Below are positions 10,327 to 18,958 of a stretch of 64,000 nt of DNA, one piece after another. Every line of letters begins with the position of its first letter. Positions within the stretch are counted from its first letter, which is position 1. A program made the translations under genes and the position numbers. Origin of the DNA: a virus; IMG/VR virus record IMGVR_UViG_3300045970_000382, positions 32,001-96,000 of that record. One strand, 5' to 3'. The notes under the pieces were generated by a model. It was not told the DNA's origin, ran no database searches, and was given only the letters and a program-made list of their open reading frames with translations.

Positions 10327-10986
10327 ATGTTTAGAATCAGTTCTTTTTTAGATACGGATACTACAATAGATTCTGAGGGAAATAATTACTTTGTTTTAGA
10401 CAGTCCCTATTCTTTTCCAGTAGCCAATGTGGTTAATTTTTTATTGGATCCTAACGTGAATATAATAGTTAATTCTACTTTTGAAAGTCTTGATAACTTC
10501 AGTACATCTTCAATATTGTTTCAAAAAGTGTATTATGAATTTTCTTCTGCTTTTAATTTCTTAACTACTTTAAATACAATTAAAGTTAAAGATAGTCTTA
10601 TTTGTTTAGATGATTTTTATAAAGTAACATCACCTTTGGAATGTTTTGAAAGATTCCAAATAAATAATTTTTATGAGTTTTTAGATAATGAAGCATTTAT
10701 TATAAAGAATGGTTTAGATATTTTTACAAATGGATTACTTGTAAAGAATTTTTGCAGTTCTTTAGATCCATATACAGTTTTTGTTACAGATACTATAGAA
10801 TTAACAGATACGTATGTTAATCCAGTATTTTCATTTTTAGATTCTTTATACGACTGTAAAAATACTGTATCTGCTGAATTAGCAGTTTTAGAAGATTTTG
10901 TAGATAGAGTTCCAGTTTCAAAAGCATTTGAATTTTTACAAGATTCAAAAGTAACTCCACCTTTTTCAATCACGATGACTAATTAA
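10327..10986 (+). CDS. Hypothetical structural protein (acidic, Phe-rich, short degenerate repeats)
   Basis: 219-aa ORF in the tail operon. Confidence 0.5.
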   Translation: MFRISSFLDTDTTIDSEGNNYFVLDSPYSFPVANVVNFLLDPNVNIIVNSTFESLDNFSTSSILFQKVYYEFSSAFNFLTTLNTIKVKDSLICLDDFYKVTSPLECFERFQINNFYEFLDNEAFIIKNGLDIFTNGLLVKNFCSSLDPYTVFVTDTIELTDTYVNPVFSFLDSLYDCKNTVSAELAVLEDFVDRVPVSKAFEFLQDSKVTPPFSITMTN

Positions 10987-10991
10987 GATTC

Positions 10992-12125
10992 ATGGCTTTA
11001 ATTACTTTCAGTTTTGTATCTTTAGATATATCAATAGACGAAAATAGTCCTTATTGGGATTGTGCTGCTGTCATAGCAGACTATTCTCAATTTGAAAGTA
11101 TTAATGAAGGTGATTCTTTTAATGTATCTATATCGGGTGAAATTTGGACATTTATTATTGTCAGTAAAAAAGAAGATAGAAATTCACCTGCCATACCTAA
11201 TTTTACAATTACAGGTAGATCTGATACATGTTTATTAGACCCACCTTATAAGCTTCCACTCATTTATGTGATGCAAGAAGATAGCAGTGCTAAAGAAGTG
11301 GTATCTGCTTTATTAGAACATAGACCTGTGACTTGGCTGTTAAAAGATTCTGTCGGTGCAGAATTAGATTGGACTTTAGATATGTTCAGTATCGCTGAAA
11401 GTGGTTCTAGCAGATTGGATTGCGCTAAGAAAATAGTTGAAGCGGCTGGTGGAGTTTTAGAATGTGAGCCTGATGGAACTGTGGTAGTTAGACCTTTGTT
11501 TTCTATATCTCCTTGGCAATATGATACAATAGTTGCAGATCATTCATTTACAGATGTTGAAAATTTACTTAATCTGTCTTTTGATTATACTTTAGAATCA
11601 TTTTATGATTGGGTAAGAGTTAGAAATGTAGACCATTCTACTATATACGCTCCTACTGATAAAATAGAAATGATTTTCAATTTAACAGATGATGGAACTA
11701 ATTTTATTGAGAGTAGGTCTGAGAATTTACATGGATGGTTAAGAGTTTATCCATTTCCATACAGAAATATGGAAGTTAAAACAACAGGATCTTTAGCTGT
11801 AGTAAAAATAGATTTTGCTACTAAAAAAGAAGAATATAGAGTAGTTCCTAGAGAATTTATAGAGATAATTAAAGGTGCGGGCAATACTCAGTTTCCTATT
11901 TATGATATTTTAGAGTTTCGTTGGCAAGCAGAAGATTTAGGCCCATTGACATTCAATCCTTATACCACGGTTTTATTTTCTACTAAGGCAACGCCAGGTT
12001 ATTCTACAGTAATGGTCACGTATAGAACACGGTGTTATAAATGGGCAGTAATTGCTACTATGCCAGAACTTTTTTCAAAATACGAGACTCAAATTCTTTT
12101 GGTGGATCCAAGTGCCATTAAGTGA
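10992..12125 (+). CDS. Tail tip / hub-like protein (N-terminal part)
   Basis: ITGRS...LLD.P, LD..K.IVEAAGG.L...PDG...VRP resemble phage tail hub proteins. Confidence 0.55.
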   Translation: MALITFSFVSLDISIDENSPYWDCAAVIADYSQFESINEGDSFNVSISGEIWTFIIVSKKEDRNSPAIPNFTITGRSDTCLLDPPYKLPLIYVMQEDSSAKEVVSALLEHRPVTWLLKDSVGAELDWTLDMFSIAESGSSRLDCAKKIVEAAGGVLECEPDGTVVVRPLFSISPWQYDTIVADHSFTDVENLLNLSFDYTLESFYDWVRVRNVDHSTIYAPTDKIEMIFNLTDDGTNFIESRSENLHGWLRVYPFPYRNMEVKTTGSLAVVKIDFATKKEEYRVVPREFIEIIKGAGNTQFPIYDILEFRWQAEDLGPLTFNPYTTVLFSTKATPGYSTVMVTYRTRCYKWAVIATMPELFSKYETQILLVDPSAIK

Positions 12126-12651
12126 AATTAGCCAGTTTTTAAATACAGATGTTGCAGTCGGGTTCAATAGCGAAACGTTGCCTGGAAATATTATTTTAGA
12201 AGAGGACAGTAATTATAATTTAAATTCATTTCCTGGATCAACTCAAAGATTTTTTTTATATACAAGTATTGGAGTTACTAACATACAGGTATCCAGTACT
12301 TTAGGCAGTCTTAGATATTTAAAAGATTACACTGTTAAAAAGGAAGAGATGGCCACTATTACTAACCAAGGATATCTTAATTTAAAATATCCAATTACTC
12401 CAGGAACAATACCTAATTTTATGGTAATTGGTAAACCGCTTAATTATGGTGGTATAGAACAACGACGAGACAAAACTTGGCTAGTGAAAGCCCAAGACTT
12501 GAATAAGAACTACATGATGGTTATTTTATTAGTGGATTATATGACGACGAGACAGCATTGGGAGTTAAGTAATACTTTTTTCCCATTGGCTAGTTACGAA
12601 ATTGGAATTTTAGCAACGGGAACTAATCCGCTTTTGAAAAAGAGTTCATAA
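12112..12651 (+). CDS. Tail-associated protein
   Basis: Track start is 12052 (TTG); the in-frame GTG at 12112 after ggtgga is preferred; shares a domain with neighbours. Confidence 0.5.
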   Translation: MPLSEISQFLNTDVAVGFNSETLPGNIILEEDSNYNLNSFPGSTQRFFLYTSIGVTNIQVSSTLGSLRYLKDYTVKKEEMATITNQGYLNLKYPITPGTIPNFMVIGKPLNYGGIEQRRDKTWLVKAQDLNKNYMMVILLVDYMTTRQHWELSNTFFPLASYEIGILATGTNPLLKKSS

Positions 12652-12652
12652 A

Positions 12653-13213
12653 ATGCCCATAGTACCTATTACTCAGCAACAGATTGTAACTGCGAACTTA
12701 AGTGTCACGTTTACAGTGTCAGGGGCATCTTCTTTAAAAGCAGAAATAGATTCTCGTCATAGTGGTGGTAATGCGGGTAAAACCAGTTTTAAGCCAGGCG
12801 ACGAGGTATCTTGGTTGCTGTTTAGAAGTCCGGCAGTCTATTTAGATCAGATTATTACCAGTGCGGGTACTACATCGGGTTCCATAATTGATAGCAAAGG
12901 TGGAACGGGGGAGTCTATACCCGTTAAAGAATTTTTATCTTTAGCGGGAGTTTATGATGTGTCTTTAGAGTACCCGTATTATTCCAATTTTTCGTATGAA
13001 TGGGTAGGTACTCCAGGTGCCACTGTTATAGAAACTCCACCTATTGGATCAACTCAACTCAATTTTAAAGGTACAAGTAAATACGGGGCTATAGGTTATT
13101 TAATAATAAAATATAACACGTTAGGAGAAGTAAATCGGTTAGTGTCTACTTACTTACCCTATTTACAATATGATATAGTAGTCTATATAGGTGGACATGA
13201 TCCTAATCTTTAA
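12653..13213 (+). CDS. Tail-associated protein
   Basis: 186-aa beta-rich ORF sharing the E.L....SL.YP...I.Y.T unit. Confidence 0.55.
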   Translation: MPIVPITQQQIVTANLSVTFTVSGASSLKAEIDSRHSGGNAGKTSFKPGDEVSWLLFRSPAVYLDQIITSAGTTSGSIIDSKGGTGESIPVKEFLSLAGVYDVSLEYPYYSNFSYEWVGTPGATVIETPPIGSTQLNFKGTSKYGAIGYLIIKYNTLGEVNRLVSTYLPYLQYDIVVYIGGHDPNL

Positions 13214-13229
13214 ATTCAAGGTGAATTAA

Positions 13230-13583
13230 TTGATTGTTACAGATATTGTTGTTCAGAGGCCAAATGCTTTCCCATATAAAGCAGAAGACATATTTGATAT
13301 TTTGATCCAGGGTAAAGAATGTGCCTTAGCTAGAGGACGGTCTTTTCTTGATGAAAAAGGTACAGGTACCCAAGTTGTTTCATTTGATATTCCATACGTA
13401 CCTAATTTAAGATTAGGACAAATAGTCCAAGTTTCAGATTCATTTTTAGCTTTGACTTGGCGAGCTAAAATAGTATCTATCAGTCATAAGATTCAAATAG
13501 GATCTGGTTCTTCATTGCTATTGACCACAAATTTGAAAGTAAAAAAACCATCCACTTATTTTGTTCCCGCTTCGGAGTTCTAA
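13230..13583 (+). CDS. Tail hub C-terminal-like protein
   Basis: ARG..FL.E....VSF..PY.P.LR.GQIV.V.D.....W.AKI.SISH pattern of hub C-termini. Confidence 0.55.
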   Translation: MIVTDIVVQRPNAFPYKAEDIFDILIQGKECALARGRSFLDEKGTGTQVVSFDIPYVPNLRLGQIVQVSDSFLALTWRAKIVSISHKIQIGSGSSLLLTTNLKVKKPSTYFVPASEF

Positions 13584-13585
13584 TC

Positions 13586-13819
13586 ATGAGTCTTGTAAAC
13601 GATTTAAAATCAGTGTTTAATCCAAGTAAATCTTATGTGACGGGTAATGTTATATCTGTAGAAGTAGATAGGGCTATTGTCAGTACTATTAATGGTCGAG
13701 CGAATTGTGGCATAGGTATATTGTCTACTTTAAAAGCGAATGATAAAGTCCATATTGAGGACGGCACTATCATAGGTAAGTTGTCTGATGAAAAATCTCT
13801 TACCAAACACTTCGTTTGA
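13586..13819 (+). CDS. Small tail-tip protein (OB-fold-like)
   Basis: G.V..V....A.V.T..G....D.V.I.DG.I.G pattern; follows hub-like genes. Confidence 0.5.
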   Translation: MSLVNDLKSVFNPSKSYVTGNVISVEVDRAIVSTINGRANCGIGILSTLKANDKVHIEDGTIIGKLSDEKSLTKHFV

Positions 13820-13936
13820 AAACGCGTCTTGCTGGCACGAAAATCGTTGTCTAAGCCACGTTCTTTTTATGAGTGGTGTACTGGTGTTAGTTAATGAAAA
13901 CTCCAAGCTTAAATCGAATATTTTGAAGGTGGCATT

Positions 13937-15058
13937 GTGGCAGTAATGGTTTTTAGAAATACAGATACTGGAGTCCCTGATCCTGGATTAAAAAGTGACA
14001 GTGCTTCAGGTATGTTTGTCAATTTTTTAGATAAATGTCTGGTTACTGGATTTGGTGGTGCAAGCATTTCATCTATTACTAGAAGTGGGTCTGTTGTAAC
14101 TGTGGTGACAGCTACTGCTCATGGTTTGGCTCCTACATTACAGACTTATAGGTATGTTTTAATAGCAGGAGTAGAGCAAACAGAGTATAATGGCACGTTT
14201 AAGGCCACAATCATCAATACAACCACTTTTACTTATCCAATAACAACAACTCCTATATCACCTGGAACCAGTTCTACTGCAATGACTGTTAAAATTGCTC
14301 CGGCTGGTTGGACTAAACCATTTACGGGAACAAATAGTGCCGCATTTAAACAGCCTGCTGGTTCAAATGGAATGTATCTTTTTGTGGAAGATACTGTAGG
14401 TATTAATGGGTTGCTTTATCGTGGTTATGAAACCATGTCTAACATTGGTACAGGAACAAATCCATTTCCTGCAGGTGCTTACCTTAGTTGGTATAAATGG
14501 AGTACATCGGGTATTGATTGGGTATTCATTACTAATGGGAAGTTTTTTTATTTTATATCGTTGTGTTCTTATACTTCTTATTATAGTTATTGGGTGATTG
14601 CTTTTGGGGATTTCACTTCGTATTTAATAGCTCCAGATAATTATAATACTATTTTAATAGGTAATGCTCTTTCTACTCAAGCATGTAATTTTATGTGTCT
14701 TGGTAATGGAACTGGACGTTATATCGCTAGATCTTGGGCTCAAACAGGAGCTGCTTTTTCTTTTGCAAATTGGACTGATGGTATATCAGGAGCTTATATA
14801 GGTGGACAAGGTTTTAGTTATCCAGAACCTAATAGAAATGCTTTTATAGTATCTCCTGTTTATATTAATGATGGTTGTAAACGAGGAGTATTACCTGGAT
14901 TTCTTAATCCATTACATGCAGCAAGAATATTTGCTGATCTTGATTTTATTCAAGGTACAGGTGATTATGCAGGCAGACTTTATCTTTATAAATATCTTGG
15001 AGGTTCTAATGCTCCTGCTAATACTGCTGCTCTGTTTGAAGTTTCGGACACTTGGTAA
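13937..15058 (+). CDS. Virion adaptor/fibre protein, family A copy 1
   Basis: TDTG.P...LD.CLV.G.G, ITRSG..VTV..AHGL insert, GWTK.F, RG.LPG, terminal DTW. Confidence 0.65.
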   Translation: MAVMVFRNTDTGVPDPGLKSDSASGMFVNFLDKCLVTGFGGASISSITRSGSVVTVVTATAHGLAPTLQTYRYVLIAGVEQTEYNGTFKATIINTTTFTYPITTTPISPGTSSTAMTVKIAPAGWTKPFTGTNSAAFKQPAGSNGMYLFVEDTVGINGLLYRGYETMSNIGTGTNPFPAGAYLSWYKWSTSGIDWVFITNGKFFYFISLCSYTSYYSYWVIAFGDFTSYLIAPDNYNTILIGNALSTQACNFMCLGNGTGRYIARSWAQTGAAFSFANWTDGISGAYIGGQGFSYPEPNRNAFIVSPVYINDGCKRGVLPGFLNPLHAARIFADLDFIQGTGDYAGRLYLYKYLGGSNAPANTAALFEVSDTW

Positions 15059-15064
15059 ATAGTT

Positions 15065-15421
15065 ATGGCAACAATAACTCCAACTAACATGTTATGTCTT
15101 TCAAATGATATTCCTATATATTGTTCACCTTGGATTGAATATTGGGATTCTAAAGCCTGTTTTATTCCTGATGTGACTGGTTCTATATCAGGAGTAGTCA
15201 CTCTTAAAGGTGTACTTATGCCAGGTGAACTGGTGTCTTTGTATTACAGACCTAATGGTAAGAAAATAGGATCTGTTTTAACTGATAATAATGGATCTTT
15301 TACTTTTCAGCATCTGGATAAAAACAGTAACCAATACTACGCAGTTGCCAGACTAAAAGGAACCTATATAGAGCCAGAAAAATACAACGCTCTAATTTAC
15401 GATCTGCTTCAACCAATTTAA
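15065..15421 (+). CDS. Small virion protein consisting mainly of the shared C-terminal module (family B copy 1)
   Basis: GSISGVV...G......V.LY....G......TD.NG.F.F..L......Y........YNALIYD.L.P. Confidence 0.6.
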   Translation: MATITPTNMLCLSNDIPIYCSPWIEYWDSKACFIPDVTGSISGVVTLKGVLMPGELVSLYYRPNGKKIGSVLTDNNGSFTFQHLDKNSNQYYAVARLKGTYIEPEKYNALIYDLLQPI

Positions 15422-15433
15422 AGAGATAAGAAA

Positions 15434-16612
15434 ATGAGTGGAACCACCATTGTCACACTAAGATCTACAGATACAGGAGCACCACGATTATCTGGTACAG
15501 CAGGAGATATAATTGCTTTATTTGATGCCTGTCTTATCAATGGCTATAACAGTAAAACAGTTCTAAGTATGGTTAGAACTAATCAGACTGTTACTGTCTA
15601 TTTTGCTACTGCACATAATCTTGCAGGAGATGGGGTTACTAAAGTTTTAATATCGGGAGCAGATCAAGTTGAATATAACGGAATATTTAAAATAAGTAAT
15701 ATCCAGGCTTCATCTTTTGATATTACGGTGACAGGGTCACCTTTGTCTCCCGCTACTGGGACTACTATTACATCTAAAGTGGCTCCAGTAGGTTGGTCTA
15801 AGGCTTTTACTGGAACCAATTTAGGTGTGTACAGAAGTTTAGAAAGTACTGCCACCAAATTATATCTTCGTATTGATGATACGGGTACTTTATCTTGTAG
15901 AGCCCGTGGTTTTGAAACCATGTCTGATGTGAATAATGGCAGTGGTTTGTTTCCTACTGATTTACAATTATCGGGTGGTTTGTTTATTCAAAAATCTAAT
16001 AGCGCTTCTACTGCTTCACGGCCTTGGATTTTAGTAGGCGATGGGTTTGAGTTTTTCTTTTTTAGTGCAGCGCACGGAAGTTATCCAACTTTATTTTATT
16101 CTTTTCATTTTGGTGATCCAGCATCGGAAATGACCAGTGATCCGTATGGTTGTTTGATTTATGGTGGTAATGCAGATGATACTGGTCAGGCCCCAGCCTT
16201 TTACTGTGGTGTTGCTCCTCAATCTATAACAACTTCTTTAGCTGCCCAGGCAGGTCATTATTACGCTAGGATTTATAATCAACTAGGTGGTAGTGTAGGA
16301 GCTTCTAAATTAGGTTCAAGTGGTTTAGGTGGAACTACAATAGGATATGGTGGTATTTTAACTTATCCTGCACAACATAATAACGGTTTATATATTGCTC
16401 CTATTGTCGTATCAGACACGTATGTCATACGAGGTCAATTGAAAGGACTTTACCAACCATTACATAGAACTCCTTTAGGAAATTGGATACTTGTAGATGT
16501 GAGCTTATCTCCAATAAATAGAAGACTTTATTCTATAGGTACATCTGTAGGAACTCAAGGTAATATTCTTACAGGTGAAGTCCATGTTGACATTGATGGT
16601 CCATGGCGGTAA
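15434..16612 (+). CDS. Virion adaptor/fibre protein, family A copy 2
   Basis: LRSTDTGAPRLSGTAG; close paralog of 17795. Confidence 0.7.
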   Translation: MSGTTIVTLRSTDTGAPRLSGTAGDIIALFDACLINGYNSKTVLSMVRTNQTVTVYFATAHNLAGDGVTKVLISGADQVEYNGIFKISNIQASSFDITVTGSPLSPATGTTITSKVAPVGWSKAFTGTNLGVYRSLESTATKLYLRIDDTGTLSCRARGFETMSDVNNGSGLFPTDLQLSGGLFIQKSNSASTASRPWILVGDGFEFFFFSAAHGSYPTLFYSFHFGDPASEMTSDPYGCLIYGGNADDTGQAPAFYCGVAPQSITTSLAAQAGHYYARIYNQLGGSVGASKLGSSGLGGTTIGYGGILTYPAQHNNGLYIAPIVVSDTYVIRGQLKGLYQPLHRTPLGNWILVDVSLSPINRRLYSIGTSVGTQGNILTGEVHVDIDGPWR

Positions 16613-16615
16613 TAC

Positions 16616-17782
16616 ATGTCCGATTCCTATTATGATAATGTGGTTTTGCAATTATTATGTACAGGTATTAATAATTCTACTACGTTTATAGATACTTCTA
16701 AATTTAATAGATCTGTAACAAGAGTTGGTTCTACTATTATTTCAACAGTTAAATCTAAGGATTGGAATGGTTCTAGTGCTTATTTTGATGGTAATATAGG
16801 TTATTTACAATGTGATACATCTACTGATTTTAATTGGGGAGCAGGTGCTTTTACTATTGAGATGTGGGTACTTGCGACAGGGACAGGTATAGGTGGTACT
16901 CTATATAGTGATAGTCTTGAAGGCAATGTTGCAGCTAATAGAGCTAATAGAACCATTTTAATGTTTAGTAATGGGAGTTTTATGGCTGAAATAGGTAATG
17001 CTTGGGTTGGATGTACTGCTGTAAATCCATTTGTTTGGAACCATGTGGCAATATCAGGGACGGGTAATACTTATAGATTATTTGTTAATGGAGTTTATCA
17101 AACTTATGGAGCTACAGGAGGTACTACTCTAGCCGCACAAGCAGGTCGTCCTGTAATAGGTATTTCCGGTGATCTTACTTCTGATAGATTTATAGGATAT
17201 ATAGACGACATTCGTATCACTAAAGGTATATCTAGATACCCCACAACAGCAAACTTTATTCCTCCATATCCTTTTTTTGCTGATTCTGCAGGTCTACCAA
17301 CTTATGGAAAAAACATTCAGGGTCTTTATAGTAAATCTGCTTTTCAATGGTGTCTATTACCTACTTATGAGAAAATGATAGATATTCTTTTAGATAAGAC
17401 TGCTTTTCAATGGTGTCTATTACCTCAGCAAGGTCATTATAATAATAATATTTTAATGTCTTCATTTTTACAATATTCTGGATTGCCTAAAAAAATAACA
17501 GTAATACCAGAATGTTATGATGCAAGACAATCTAATGCAATTTTTTGGTGGGGTGGTACTGGATCACTTTCAGGAACAGTTAGAATAGGCCCTACTGCTT
17601 GTAAACGTAAAATTAGATTGTATGAATCTGTTACTAATATTTTATGTCAAGAAGCATGGTCTGATACTGATGGTGGTTTTGCTTTTACAAATCTTAATAA
17701 AACTTGTAAATTCACCGTTACGGGCACAGACTATAACAATGTTTACAACGACATTATTATAGGAAATTTAACTCCAATTTAA
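16616..17782 (+). CDS. LamG/ConA-like domain protein with family B C-terminal module
   Basis: SAYFDG, FTIEMW, WNHVA, GYIDDIRITKG; C-terminal RKIRLY...WS..DGGFAF.NL...YND. Confidence 0.75.
   Translation: MSDSYYDNVVLQLLCTGINNSTTFIDTSKFNRSVTRVGSTIISTVKSKDWNGSSAYFDGNIGYLQCDTSTDFNWGAGAFTIEMWVLATGTGIGGTLYSDSLEGNVAANRANRTILMFSNGSFMAEIGNAWVGCTAVNPFVWNHVAISGTGNTYRLFVNGVYQTYGATGGTTLAAQAGRPVIGISGDLTSDRFIGYIDDIRITKGISRYPTTANFIPPYPFFADSAGLPTYGKNIQGLYSKSAFQWCLLPTYEKMIDILLDKTAFQWCLLPQQGHYNNNILMSSFLQYSGLPKKITVIPECYDARQSNAIFWWGGTGSLSGTVRIGPTACKRKIRLYESVTNILCQEAWSDTDGGFAFTNLNKTCKFTVTGTDYNNVYNDIIIGNLTPI
17337..17425 (+). repeat. 26-bp direct repeat, 63-bp period (AFQWCLLP linker)
   Basis: ctgcttttcaatggtgtctattacct at 17337 and 17400. 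Confidence 0.85.
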
Positions 17783-17794
17783 AGGAAAACTATC

Positions 17795-18955
17795 ATGAGC
17801 GGAACTCAAGTTATTCTATTAAGATCAACAGATACAGATGCTCCACGATTGTCGGGGACTGCTGGAGATCTTGTCAATCTTTTTTATAAGTGTTTAGATT
17901 CAACACAAGGCTACAACATTTGTGCTTTAACTAGTATAACTAGAGTTGGTTCTGTAGCAACAGCCACGTTTGCAGGTCATGGTTATGCAGCAGATGGTCT
18001 TACTAAAATACAGATAAGTGGTGCAACTCCAAGTGATTATAATGGACTTAAAACTATTTCAAATGTATCTGCAAATACCTTTGATTTTGCAGTAGCAGGA
18101 ACTCCTGTAGATGCAACTGTTCCAGGTTCTAGTTGTGTTGCTCCATTAGGATGGACACGTTCATTTACTGGAACTAATCTAGCTGCTTTTAGAAGTAATG
18201 AAGTTACTGGAACAAGACTATATCTTCGTATAGATGATACAGGGACGACTACCGCAAGGGTTCGTGGATGGGAATCTATGTCAGATATTAATACAGGAAC
18301 AGGTTTATTTCCAACAGAAGCACAATTGTCTGGTGGGTTGTGGATTAATAAATCAGATCTTGCCAGTACAGCGGCAAGAACTTGGATTTTAGTAGGCGAT
18401 GGTTTTGAATTTTACTTCTTCTATGCGACTAACATAACAACATATCCAAATGTTTACAGACAATTTCATTTTGGTGATCCAGCATCTGAAATGGCAAGTG
18501 ATCCTTATGGATGTTTGATATATGGAGACATTGCATCTGCTTTAGCTGCTCCAGAATTATCCCAAACAACCTTTCAAGTAGGTACTACAAGTGCGGCAGC
18601 ACAGGCAGGGCATTATTACGCTAGATCATATACTCAAACAGGTGCTTCTGTTGCAGGTGGTAAATTTGGAAATTACACTTTAGGTACTGCAAATATTGGA
18701 GTGGGTAATATCCTGTATCCATCACAAGCTAATAATGGATTGTACATATCACCTATTTTTACAGTAGATGTTTCTGTTATACGGGGACAATTAAAAGGCA
18801 TCTATCAACCTTGCCATACCAGACCATTAGGTAATCTCACGTTTCTTGCTGCTAATGTTTCTCCTATTTCACGAAGATTGTTATCTATAGCAACAGCTTA
18901 TTCTGGAGCTACTCCTGGTGAAACCCATATAGATATAGATGGCCCATGGAGATAA
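17795..18955 (+). CDS. Virion adaptor/fibre protein, family A copy 3
   Basis: LRSTDTDAPRLSGTAG; ends HIDIDGPWR like 15434. Confidence 0.7.
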   Translation: MSGTQVILLRSTDTDAPRLSGTAGDLVNLFYKCLDSTQGYNICALTSITRVGSVATATFAGHGYAADGLTKIQISGATPSDYNGLKTISNVSANTFDFAVAGTPVDATVPGSSCVAPLGWTRSFTGTNLAAFRSNEVTGTRLYLRIDDTGTTTARVRGWESMSDINTGTGLFPTEAQLSGGLWINKSDLASTAARTWILVGDGFEFYFFYATNITTYPNVYRQFHFGDPASEMASDPYGCLIYGDIASALAAPELSQTTFQVGTTSAAAQAGHYYARSYTQTGASVAGGKFGNYTLGTANIGVGNILYPSQANNGLYISPIFTVDVSVIRGQLKGIYQPCHTRPLGNLTFLAANVSPISRRLLSIATAYSGATPGETHIDIDGPWR

Positions 18956-18958
18956 TTT

